DNA of 64,000 nucleotides from NCBI RefSeq assembly GCF_024521635.1, contig NW_026250406.1, positions 248,001-312,000 of the forward strand, written 5' to 3'. The translations under genes were made by a program, and so were the position numbers. Below the pieces are notes generated by a model. That model did no database searches. It saw only the letters and a list, made by a program, of their open reading frames with translations, and was not told the origin of the DNA. Below are positions 12,503-25,000 of the stretch, piece by piece. The stretch comes from Tricharina praecox (Eukaryota). The stretch's first letter is position 1. Every line of letters starts with the position of its first letter.

Positions 12503-12772
12503 TGTAGGATAGATAGGGGATCAGATAAGATACGAGAAGTGGCTAATCCGATCGGCAGCCCGAATGGTGGTGATAGCCAAACTAGCCAGATCGGGTGGCA
12601 CCAAGCTCTTCCAAGTTGAATAAAACCTCAACTTCCCCATCATCCTTCATTTTCGCCGTTTCCCTTCCCGGGCTATGTCACTCCGAAGTTGAATAGAACC
12701 TCAACTTCTCCATCATCCTTCCATTCACCGTTCGAACTTCCCTTTGCCGGGCTACGTAGATATCTACCTACA
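12503..12772 (+). mobile_element. Dispersed repeat, copy 1 (solo-LTR-like)
   Basis: Homologous in inverted orientation to 56958-57238. Bounded by TGTAGG...CCTACA, contains AATAAA and two (G)AAGTTGA-n8-TCAACTTC hairpins. No TSD seen. Confidence 0.55.
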
Positions 12773-13307
12773 TACCATAGGTACGAGGAGGAAGTCCGCC
12801 TGCAAGACTGCAACTGGATACCATGCCATACCCAGAGCCCCGTGACCACGAGACCAATAGCGGCAGTGACAGTGGCCGCGGGAATGGTTCAGATTTCTCC
12901 AAAGAACCTCTGAGCGGGAGAGAGGAGCGAGTGATAAGCTGTGGTGCGCGAGGGTACTGGTAGAAAGGTGATGGTTGATTCAAGGTTGTCGGGACTGAGA
13001 GTAGCGACACAGTCATATGAATCAATGTCGGAATCTGGAGGCGATTTATGTAAACGGCCTTGGAGTTACTTGTTAGTGGTACTGGTATCACGGCCGCTTC
13101 CAGACAGCCAAGGGAGCACAAGCGGACAGTTTTCTTTTCAGCCACTATCTCTAACTACAGCTGGACTCTTCGCCTAGGGTACAAGTACAAATTTATATCA
13201 TCAAAACACAAGCAAGATTAAAGACGCTACAACAACCACACCCAAACACCAATTATCACCTCCGAATCCCCTCCCTCCTTGATCTCCTCCCCCTCCCCTT
13301 TCCTGAA

Positions 13308-15308
13308 TCAAGGCCGAGCATCCTTCGCCTGCGGCAGCTTACACGGCAATTTCATCGTGCACCCCTGCGCCAGCTCACACTGCCAATTTTCGCTCCTAGT
13401 CTGGACGACTCTCTCAGCGCGCGCCTGCTCGCGCTCATGTGCCGACGCAAAGTTCCGGTTATCGGGCTTGTAGTGCGCACAGCCCAGGCCGCTGGGGTGG
13501 GGAGGCATTGAGGGGTTCCTCCTGAGGCGGAAGTACGAGAGCCAGCCTCTTCCGTTCGCTGCCGGGTCCGCTTCCTTCGCCTGCTCCTCGTAGTGTATCA
13601 CGCGGCGATGCACGCTGTGGTGGATCACCGCCGTGGCCGGGAGGACCCGAGGAGTACCGTACCTCGGGTTCTTCCAGAAGGATATCTTGAAGATTGATAG
13701 CAATTCTGTTTGTTTTTGTTAGTCTTGCCAAAGCGGGAGGTAGGAGGGGGGGGGGGGAGGGGGGGGGGGGGGGTCTGTACCGAAACACCTCCACAAAACA
13801 ACATCCATCCAGTTCCATCCCTGGTTAAACGTCAACGCATCGTGACATATACTTGCCTTGATAGCAGTATCTCTTTTGTTCTCGATCCTCTCGAGGAACG
13901 TGCCGACGCGGGAATTGAACTTGAGTTTTTCCTTATCCGCGTCCGGGAGGCTCTGGAGCTCGTGGATCATCCATTCCAGTGAGAGATCACTCAGCTGCAC
14001 GTCATGATCCTTCGTGTCTTCGGGGCACACAGATTTGTTGGCCAGGAGATTTGCGGCTTCGGGACACTCGGACTTCTTGGCCACGAGATTCGTAACGAAC
14101 GAGGGAATAAAGGATCTGCGGGCTTCTTTTTTCTTGTCGTTCATCGCTATGCTTTCGGCCGTGTTCGGCCAGCCACCGCCGACATCGCCATGGCCGCCAG
14201 AGAACCAGACTTCCTAAGACGAGTGAGTATGAAGTGATGAAGGAAGGAGGGATGGGGATGACGAACCTTGAGATCTTTGCTATCGTCGGGGTTGAATAAG
14301 GCGGGCCGGAACTTGATACGTCGTTCGTCGATGCTCACTGCGTGGCGAATATGTCTTACCGCCCCAAATTTGTCATCCTCCACCACCGGTTCGCCAGGAG
14401 TACCCATAGCTGGCGTAAGCGCAGGAGGATACTGCTTCCCTCGGAAAACACTACTCGGAATCAGCTCCCAAATCCAAGCCACCCAGAAAGCACGCATTCT
14501 GGCACCTACCCGACGGAATTGACCGTATCAAACAGCCCCAAAAAGTGAACATCCACCAGTGGCTGACAGAAGGTTCTGTTGAAACTGTTCATGTATTCCA
14601 GGCTTTCGGGCGAGGTCTTATTGCCGGTCTCGTAGTCCTGGTACGTGCGGTACGCAAACGAGACCATCTCCTGGTTGCCCTTGCTCAGCAGGCCGATCGC
14701 GGTGATCATCCGCGCCAGGAAGCGTGCGGTGAAAGCGCCCCGCGAGAAGCCGAAGATGTAGATTTTGGCTGGATGCGAGATTAGTTCTCCGTATGTCATC
14801 CGGGGACGGAGGGAACGAACCTCCCGGCTTGTAGTACTGCATCACGAACTTGTAGCCGGCGATGACGTGGTGATCGAACGTCGTTCTAGAGTCATTCGTC
14901 AGCTAGAATATAGGAAACCCATCGTGTCGATGGTACGTACCCAACGCCCTGGTCGACCTTCTGGCTAACCCATCTCTTGATGCTCCCGAAAAGCCTCACG
15001 TTGAGCGAGCCCTCGCCGGCGGAATAGGTTCCGATGCCCGCTAGAATCACACACACACATCAGTCCGGCCCATTTCCATCCCGACCGGTAGAGAGGGAGA
15101 GAGACGCACGCTGGTAGTAGTGATACTGGCTCTTCTCGGAGCGGTCAAACATCTGGTACAGATCGACGATGTTGGTGTCGCTGCTGTCACCGCTGAACTT
15201 GTTGCCCGTCCCGTCGAAGCAGAGGACAATGCGGCGGGGGGGCTTTGGTTCCCTCAGCATTCCGGCCCCGGTGCCGTTCGTGCAGGGCGTGGGGGTAGAG
15301 GGGGACAT
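13308..15308 (-). CDS. DUF2235 / Tle1-like alpha/beta-hydrolase (putative phospholipase), paralog 1, multi-exon
   Basis: [30 protein letters not shown] (GxSxG), [42 protein letters not shown]. Confidence 0.9.
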
Positions 15309-18300
15309 GGCGCTTCGGGGGTAGATCGATGCTGGAGAAAGAAGGTATCGTCCAACCGAACGGGAGATGATGTACCGGGAGAGAATTTTCGGAATGGATG
15401 GCGGTAGCCTGAGGAGAGGAGGGCAGGATGGAGATATCGATCAGGCAGAAGGGTGAGCACTGAGGACGAAGGCATGATTATATATAGCTGTCAATGAGCA
15501 AAAGGAACGTGTATATGCGATGCAATACGGTGGATACCGGTGTGGCAGTGGTGGTGATGGTGGATAGGAGGAATTGAGAGATGGCTCAGCTCAGGTGTCT
15601 CCCTGAGTCTGTCCAATTCTGGCCCGCTGCATTGGTCAATCGGCCAAGTATGCAGACCGCCGACTTCAGTAATGTCGTCTCGGTACGGCTTCCGCCTCCA
15701 TGGTCTCTTGCCCTCAAAAGTATCCACTCACAGGGCTGCTCCAGGAAGGCGGTTAGCTCGTACGACTGGACTGACGATCTCCCGTCAAATCTGCAGCCCT
15801 GAGGGGCGACGGACTCCAGGCGGTGAGATAGGAGTTGATCCTGTCAAGCCCTGTGAGTGATGACCCCTGCGTCGTACATACTTGCCAAACGGAAGGATGG
15901 ATATGGCAGATGTCCAGGGACACACGTGTGGATGGATATAGCAGATGTCCAGGGACACACGTGTGGATGGCCATATGTATCAGCAGAAAGACCTCGTGCT
16001 CGGAAGTGGCCATGCTAACCGGGAATCCTCAGCCCGGGATTCTGTCTTTGGGGAAACACCCATCATGTAGACTACCTACCATTCGAGTTGGAAACGAACA
16101 CGTGAGGGTGCTGGTTCTAATCTCCACAGTTTCCATCTGCATCCCCAAGAAAGGGTTTGCCCCACTGCCTCAGTACACCCTGGTTCTTCCTACTACCGAG
16201 CAGCCATATCCGAGTGCCCGTCAATCCGTCTCCAGTGTGCCGACTCCTTTATGGGTTTACTAGTATTGTACACTGTAGTAGCGATGATGTACGAGTATCA
16301 TACTCTGGGCTCTATGTATGTAGAAGACTAGAAGACAGAACGTGGCAGTGAAAATATCTAGGATTTCGCTGCCGTCGGGACTCAGCCGCAGATACAAATT
16401 ACAATCTACACACGGTAGATACGGTATTGATGTTCAAGAGTCAACACTCGCTTCTCGGTTCCATTGAGGTTAGATCTTACTGCAGAGTAACTGCTAGTTG
16501 ATTAGTACGGCAGAGTCCACCCTGCTTCAGCTGGAACTTTAGCGAGGGCACATGCGGAGAACGACAATCCCTACAGTTATGCAGGGTACTCATCGCCGGG
16601 GATAGCTTTCAGCTGAGTTCTGATGATTTTACATATCATCTGCTGAAGACCTTGAGCTTCGGAAGGCACGGTGGTAACCAGCCTGTGCTCCTCTCCACGT
16701 CCCCGGGCGGCAGAGGCCGGTGTTGGAGTGGCAACACACCGGAGCTGGCATCCGACGGTGGCACGTAGGTAAAGTGGTTTTTTTTACCAGCGAGCCGGCC
16801 GGCAGGCCGCCTTTCATCCCGGCCATGGGCAAGAGTCAAGTCAAGATATGTGGCGCCGCCACGGCGCCAGCCCCCGTGCCGAGAGCGACCAAAAAACCTC
16901 CAGCTGAGTTTTCCTCGCGAAAACCCACCAATGGATTATGGATATCGATAAGGGCTTGTAGGCAAGTCCGTGTCACCATGTAGGCATTCGTGTGGAGACT
17001 GGAATAGGTAGTCACCTCACGCTGCTCTTCCTGAGGCTGCCGTCGCTGCAAATGAGGTATGTAGGTCTCGCTTCCGGCCGGGCCGTGTCGGTTGTGAATT
17101 CTTGGATGCACACTGCCAATCGTGGGCTTGTGAAGGGGGTTCTATGTAGCTTCTGCGGTCGGCCTCTAGGCTTCGACACCTGGCATAATATTTACTCTAT
17201 GTAGAGGACACGGCTCGAACCTGCAGATCATGCCCGTCACTCGGTTGGGGTAGAGGAGGTGCCTAATTTGCACGTGTTACCAAGCAGAATTACTGTCGTG
17301 CCCTCTGCCTACCTATCGTAAGCGCCTCCAGTAGTAGCGGAGGCTTTTGCCATCCGAGCTGCGAGCTGGCAGCTGAAGGCTGAAGGCGTAAGACTTTTAA
17401 CACAGTGGTTGGGAGCTTGCTGGATCTGGATCTGGCACAGATTCTTGGGGTCTCACCTGTCTACTAGAGTACCTACTAGTAGGTAGGTAGAGTACTCTAT
17501 ACTCTGCATAAGAGATATATATCCACGGCTCCTCGCGGTCACGGGCATCATGTATCTCCTACCTGTAGTAAAATGCAGGTGTAGTGACAGCTCAATCTCT
17601 CGCCATCTAGTGCTCATCCCCATCCCGTCTAACCCCCACATCCCCATCTCAGCTGCTAATGGCACGCACGCACTCAGTGAGCGGCCGTGCGCGGGGAGAC
17701 ACGCGGCCACTGGCCAGACGGATAAGGACTCGGGAGGTGAATAGGAATATGCATGTAGGAGCCAACCAAGATGGATGGGACGGGGCAGGCCGGCCGAGCC
17801 CGACGAGCGGCATGGAGAACCCGGCCTGATTTATTTTCGGTGGCGTATGATACCAAGAAGGTACTCTAGAATAGGGATTGCTAGGAATTGTTACAACTTT
17901 CTCAGTTTCGCTCTGCTGTCGAGAATGCAGCCGTGGACGTGGACGTTTCTCGCTCGGCCGAGCGGTCGTGAATCTATGTACCGTTGGCTGTGCTGGTGAG
18001 GGTGCCGGTGCTGTATTATGAACCAACTTCCAAGGCTAACTACAGCTCTCGCCAGGACGGGTTCTTCCCTGCACCCCGAAGCCGCTCCTCGGCCAAACTC
18101 TAAAGTCCTCCCTGAAAGGAAAAGAAAAAGGAATTCACCGGAAAAGAAAACATCCACTTTACCAGCACCTGGCCATTCCACCTGGGCATTCCATACCTGC
18201 CACATTCTTGTACGCGACGTCCTTTCTATTTGAGTGAGGACGTGGTTAGGTAATACTTACTTGCATACCTCCTGATGCACATTGCACACTCGGTTAGCCA

Positions 18301-18665
18301 TAACGTCAGCCACCCCCATCCGATTCTGTTATCGGTGGTGGCAGTGAGAGTACAAAGGGGTGCCGAGATGGGGGCGGGAAGGGCGCGGGAAGGGCGAGCA
18401 GAAGGGCGAGCAGAAGGGTACACAGAAATCCAAGGTTACTCCCACGGTCAAGGAAAACGAAGGGAAATGCGGGACTCCAACCAGAGACATTAGAGTATCG
18501 AATTGGAATAAAAGTTGCGGTCAGACTCATACAGTAGCATGGGTAAAAGTACGGATTGATATCGCAGAAACACAAGCAAAATTAGGTAGATGGAAGGCAT
18601 AAATAACAACCACATCCGACAAACTCCCAGACAGACCATCTCCTCTTGAATCCTTCTCCTCTCCC

Positions 18666-20344
18666 TCACGAGCCACCATTCTCCACCGACGCCTGATTGA
18701 GTGCCTCCGCGAAGCCCAGATTCTTCGGGTTGTAGGTGGCATTGGTTTTGACGCGATGAAGGACGCTGGGGTGAAGCGTCGCCGTGGATGGGAGGTCCCT
18801 CGTCGAGCCAAGGTTCGGAAGCCAGTACCTCGACACCCATTCTCCGCCCTCGAGTTCGAGGCGCTTGAAGACCGGGAGTGTTTCTAGCTCCATCAGTCCT
18901 ATGATACTATAGGGTAGGAGAATACGAGGGAAACATACCAAAGATCCACCAAAAAACAACCTGCAACCAGTTCCACCCCTTCCTGAACGACAACGCATCG
19001 TGACACATACTCTCTCTAATAGCAATCTCTCTTTTGTCCTCGACATTCTCCAGGAACTCGTCGACGCGGGAGTTGAACATGATCTTTTCCTCTGGCGGAT
19101 CCGGAAGGCTCTGGATCTCGTGGACCATCCACTCTAGTGCGATATCACTCAGCTGCACGTCTTTCTCGTGCTGTGCCTCCCAACCACCGCCGACGTTGCC
19201 GTGGTTGCCACAGAACCAGACTTCCTGCGACGAGTGAGTATATGTACACAAAAAAAGAGAGGTGGGTGGGTGACCTTGATGTCTTGGGGCTTGGTGCTCT
19301 CCGCGATAGTCAGTTCGTCGTCGTGACAGAACAAAGCGGGCCGGAACTTGAGACGTCGTTCGTCGATGCTGACTGCGTGGCGGATGTGTGTAGCCGGCGG
19401 CGCATAGACGGGAAGATACGTCTTCCGGCTGAACGGCAGTTCCAAAAACCTACGCAACATCATCATCAGTTCGACCGTAAGCCACCCGAAAGTATTGCAA
19501 CCCACCCGACAGAATTGACCGTGTCAAACAGCCCCAAGAAGTGAATCTCCACGTTCAACCGACAGAAGGTATCCTTGAAGTTATTCATGAATCGCCTGCA
19601 GTCGTCCAGGGACTTGAAGTTTCCGCCGCCAGTCTCGTAGTCCTGGTACGTGCGGTACGCAAACGGGACCATCTCCTCGTTACCCTTGCTCAGCAGGCCG
19701 ATCTCGGTTATCAACCGCGCCAGGAAGCGCGCGGTAAAGGCGCCTCGGGAGAAGCCGAAGATGTAGATCTTGTCTGGACGCGAGATTAGATCTGAGGAGC
19801 TACCAATGGTGGTGCATGAGGGAACAACCTCCCGGCTTGTAGTATCGCATCACGAACTTGTAGCCGGCAATGACATGGTGATCGAATGTCGTTCTATCAT
19901 TCGTTAGCCAGAAATCACGAAAACATCCCTTCACGGAGTCGATGGCACGTATGTATCATACCCAACGCCCTGGTCAACCACCTGGCTAACCCATCTCATG
20001 ATACTTCCCAAAAACCCCTGATTGAGCGAGCCCTCACTAGCCGAGTAGGTCCCAATGCCCGCTGGACGCATCCCACGTTAGCCTCACCATTCCCACATCA
20101 ACCGCGAGCGGGAGGGGAGGGGGAGAAGCGCACGCTGGTAATAATGAAACTGCCCCTTTGCGGTGCGATCACACATTTGGTACAGCTTCACGATGTTCGT
20201 GTCGCTACTGGTGCCGGAGAACTTGTTGCCCGTCCCGTCGAAGCAGAGCACTAGACGGTTGGGTGCCTTGTCTTTGTCTTTCTTCTTTTTGCCATTCTTG
20301 TCGTTCTTGCCGGGCTCGGGGTAGGCGGGGTCGGAGGTGGACAT
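18666..20344 (-). CDS. DUF2235 / Tle1-like alpha/beta-hydrolase (putative phospholipase), paralog 2, multi-exon
   Basis: [55 protein letters not shown]. Intron positions match paralog 1. Confidence 0.9.
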
Positions 20345-22077
20345 GATGCTGCTGGGGCAGATGGATGCTGGAGAGCGGGACTACGTAGTTCACTCGTATG
20401 GGGACAATGGAGGGGGAATTTGAGAAGCGGAAAACAGCCCGAGGGGAGTCGGGGCCAGGAAGGAGATATCCGTCAAGGAGAAGGACGAGAACGAAGCCAT
20501 AAAGTAGATGTAGTTATCGGAAAGGACGTGTACAGTGTATGACGGGCGTGGGACCGATGGTGATGGTGGGTAGAGCGCATTGAGTGTTGGCTCAGCGCTG
20601 TTGTCTCGAGAAGTTCGTCCGACTCTGGCCCGCTGCGTGGACTGCCTAGTTCGGCGGAGCTGGATCTTTGGGGACAATGCAACAGTGACGGTGACACTGG
20701 CTACGAATATCCGAAAGAGAGGAGATCTCCGCGGCCCGTCAGTCCTACTCCAGCCTGTGGGTTTACTCTGGTAGGTCATTTTCTGCTGATTAGTACAGGT
20801 AACTGCAAGGTCACGATAATCGATTGCAGAACTAATCCTTCGCACAACAGCTACACAAGCACAGCATACGGATAACACCAAAGCACATGTCTACTCCAGT
20901 CTCCGCTTCCATCCACCGGCCGCGTAAGATGTAACGGTCCTCCACCGGCCCTGGCCATGCGTAACCTCGATTCTCAGCAGAGTTTCTCCGCCCAGCCGGC
21001 TTGACGGATGACCGCCATCATCGGCATCCCGCAGCAACTCATCTCCCTTCCCAATCAGAGCTTATCCCCCCCCCTTCCCTCGAAATCCTGCGGACTTCCG
21101 GACATTCAGAAGACACAGACGATTATGTGCGGGCTATGATGCGGGTGCACGCATTAATTGTCATTCGCAACAGTTGAATGAATGACGATGGCAACCGCGG
21201 AGCTCCTCGATGAGAGAGCCGAGGTATTTCGACTGCGAAATCAAGTGGTGTCGGCAATTCCATATTTACACTTTCCAGCTCCGAGCAACGACAGATCACG
21301 GATTCCGTGTGCGAGCTGAATCGATCTTGGCCAACACAGCCTGCCGTTGTACTAATGGACTATATCCTGTGCTTTAGCAAACAGCGGACTCGGAAGACAT
21401 TACGGAGCGTAAGAGCTGAGAGGGTTTGAATTAGAGGATGCGGAGAATCATGGGATTCGATCAACCGAGAAAAACGCTTAAATCCCTGAATTTGCGGAGG
21501 AAATGGACGGAGGACAGACTCGATTGGGACGGTTGTAGAGATCGATGGACCGCAAATCCTGGGTGGCATATATTCGATTCGTCTTGGGGGTTGTCTTGAG
21601 AATGGAGGTCAGCATAGTACAATGATAGTAACTTTGAAATCGAGGAGAACCATAACAATGAATGGCGGGGTTTTCGTGATAGGTTGCGAGACCGGTGGCT
21701 ACTCGGGAGACATGTCTTGGAAACGGATCCTACCAGACGCAGTAATAGGACGTCTTCAGCAGATGGATATGGCCAGTTGCACTGCACGCTGGCCTAGAAC
21801 CTCCCATTGCAGTCCATACAGAACTTCAATGAGAAGTTTCGCCGACAGGTTACAGAAGATACCGAGACAGAGTACGAAACTGCCGGAAAATAGCCTCTCA
21901 ACATCGCCCCTTGACTTCTGTGCTCCTTCAGCCAAAGATTTCTCGTACAGGAGATCATGGAAAAAGCTCACGGACAGCATATAAACCTCAGTCTTCCCCA
22001 GGAACGACGGCCAGCCTCTCTACCTTTCCTCTTTACCTCTCTTCCTTCCTTCCAGCCCCATACGTTCCATCACGATC

Positions 22078-25000
22078 ATGAGTCCCTTAGCTAAGAATCC
22101 TATCGCAAACCTTCTCGGCAAGGGCGGCCCCAGCCTCTCGCAGTACGGCGACGACTCTCTTGCGACGAAAGAGGCGGTCAAGTCCGGGATCCTCGCCGAC
22201 TTCGCCGGGATGGGGAAGGATATTCCCAAGGATGCGCTGGTCATCATTGAAGCTTTGGCGGCCGCCATCAAGAAGGAGCCGATTGATGATAGGGAGCTTA
22301 TGGTCAGTAGAATTGCCTCCGGATCATTGGTGTAGATTCTAGGTGCTGATACCTAGTGCAGATGGAGAAACTCATCGGACTGGTTTCACACATGCCCCGG
22401 TCATCGGAGAATCGAACCCTCATCACTGGGGGGTTGGTCGGACAGCTGTTCGACTCGCTCCAGCATCCGCCATTGACTTACGTGGGCGAGAAATTCCAAT
22501 ACCGTGATCCCGATGGGAGGTACAATGTAAGTTCTCTACCACCGGATTGTAATGCAACTGATAGCTGAGTGATATTACTCAGAACATAATGTCTCCCGAT
22601 CTCGGCATGGCCGGAGCTCCGTACGCACGCACTATCCGTGGAGAGAAGATGATGACTGGCGCGAAGCCAGATCCCGGGCTTCTATTTGATCGTCAGTATC
22701 CCTCCAGTTTAGTTTGGCCTTCGCTGAAACGCAGAAGTCCTGATGGCGCGCGGTAATAACACCAAAGAGAACCCGGCCGGCCTCTCCAGCATGCTGTTCT
22801 ACCACGCCAGTATCATCATCCACGACATCTTCCGAACCAACAGACAGGATCCAAACATCAGTGACACCAGTTCATATCTGGACCTATCGCCACTCTACGG
22901 CAAGAACCGTGAAGAGCAGTTGGCGATCAGGACGATGAGTGATGGCCGGATCAAGCCGGACACGTTCGCGGAGAAGAGACTTCTCGGCCTTCCTCCGGGA
23001 AACTGTGTGATGCTGGTTATGTACAGTCGGTTCCACAATCATGTGGGTTCACTCGTAGAAAACGTTTCATGGGGGATCGATATCTGACGGGCTTTGCAGG
23101 TGGTGGAGAAACTGGCGGCCATCAACGAAGGTGGTCGATTCTCCCTTGACCGCCGAATGTCCCCCGAGGCAGCGGCAGCAAATAGGGATGAAGACTTGTT
23201 CCAGACCGGTCGCCTTGTGACTTGCGGACTCTACATCAGCATCAGTCTTCACGAGTGAGTATCCCAGTTGATCGAATCATGATCACGCCCTAACCCACTG
23301 CAGCTACATCCGGGCTATCGGCAATCTTCCGCACTCATCGAGCGACTGGACGCTCGACCCGCGCATGGAGGTTGGCCCCTCGGTCTTCGACAAGGATGGC
23401 ACTCCTCGCGGCATCGGCAGCCAAGTCTCGGTAGAGTTCAACCTGCTGTACCGCTTCCACTCCGGCGTCTCGAAGCGAGATGAGAAATGGACCGAAGAGT
23501 TCTACCGCCAGCTGTTCCCCGTCACGGATCCCAAGCACGTCTCGCTCCCGCAGCTGCTAGAGGGCCTAGCGATATTCGAAAAGTCCACTTCGGATACGCC
23601 TGTCCACGAGCGGTGTTTTGGAGGGCTCAAGAGGCAGGAGGATGGCTCGTTCAATGATGCGGACCTAGTCAAGATTCTGAAGGAGAGCATTGGTTAGTAC
23701 ATACGCCCATCAATATTTGGCTGAGGGTGGGCTGACACGGCCGTAGAGGATCCGGCGGGTGCGTTCGGTGCAAATAACGTACCCGACATCTTGAGGCACG
23801 TGGAGATTCTCGGAATCAAGCAAGCCAGAAAGTGGCAGGTTGCTTCGTTGAACGAGTTCAGGAAGTTCTTTGGCTTGAAGGAGCACAAGACTTTTGAGGA
23901 CATCAACCCGGATCCTTATGTTGCTGATACACTGTGAGTCTTTTTCGCAAGTGGAATACTCATAGATGATTCTGACGGAGGTGTAGGAGGAAACTCTACG
24001 ATCATCCTGACCTGGTGGAGATGTACCCCGGAATGTTCCTCGAGGAATGCAAACCTCGAATGGATCCGGGGATGGGACTATGTTGGTACCCTGTCTGGGG
24101 CGTTTTGAGAGTCTCTGGAGATTAACCATGACCCCACAGGTGGCCCCTACACGGTCACTCGGGCTGTCTTCAGCGACGCCGTCTCGCTCGTTCGTGGCGA
24201 CCGTTTTTATACACTGGTATGTACCTCTTACAACTGCGATCACAGTCCATCACTGACCTTGTACAGGACTACACCGCGCAGAACTTGACCAGCTGGGGCA
24301 TATCCGAAGTGGCACCGGACTTTGAGTGCATGAGCGGTGCGAAGATGTCGATGCTGATCCTGAACGCCTTCCCCAAGTGGTTCAAGTACAACTCGGTGTA
24401 TGTGGTGCAGCCGTTCTTCACGCCAGCGGAGAACAAGATCATCTTCACCAAGTACAAGGAGATGGACAAGTATTGCTTTGATCCGCCAACGCTGCACAAG
24501 AATCCTATCCCAATGCTCTCTCACGCCGCCGTCAAAGCGGTGCTGAAGGATTCCATCAACTTCCAAGTGCCGTGGGGTACGGCGATGGGCTACCTGATGG
24601 AGGGCAGCTTCATGCTGGGGTACGATGGCGAGAAGAGTGTGCAGCAGCACCGTGACGTGGCGAAGGCTCTGTTTTCTCTCCCGGATTACCAGACCAAGTT
24701 CAAGTCGCACACCGAGAATCTGATCATCAAGTTGCTCAATCGCGAGAGCTACACGCTAGGACGGGACCCTGAGTATTACCAGGTCGACGTCGTGCGCGAG
24801 TATGCACCCCATCCTTCTCTATAGCGATGTCATTGATGCTGATTTGCCGAATAGTATCGGAAATTTGACAGCGATGTACTTTGCGTCATCGCTCTTCTGC
24901 CTCCCGCTCAAGTCCGACGACAACCCGCACGGCTGCTTCAACGAGCGCGAGCTATTCAAGACTATGTCCGACGCCAATATCTACATCTTCTTCGATCACG

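Noticed and set aside
15898..15970. Tandem duplication of GATGTCCAGGGACACACGTGTGGATGG containing CACGTG
   Set aside because: A simple two-copy slippage duplication; the E-box is too short to be meaningful alone.
20439..21224. Two CCGAGG (FarA/FarB-type fatty-acid response) hexamers in the DUF2235-ppo divergent region
   Set aside because: About one is expected by chance in 1.7 kb, so it is not significant without conservation data.
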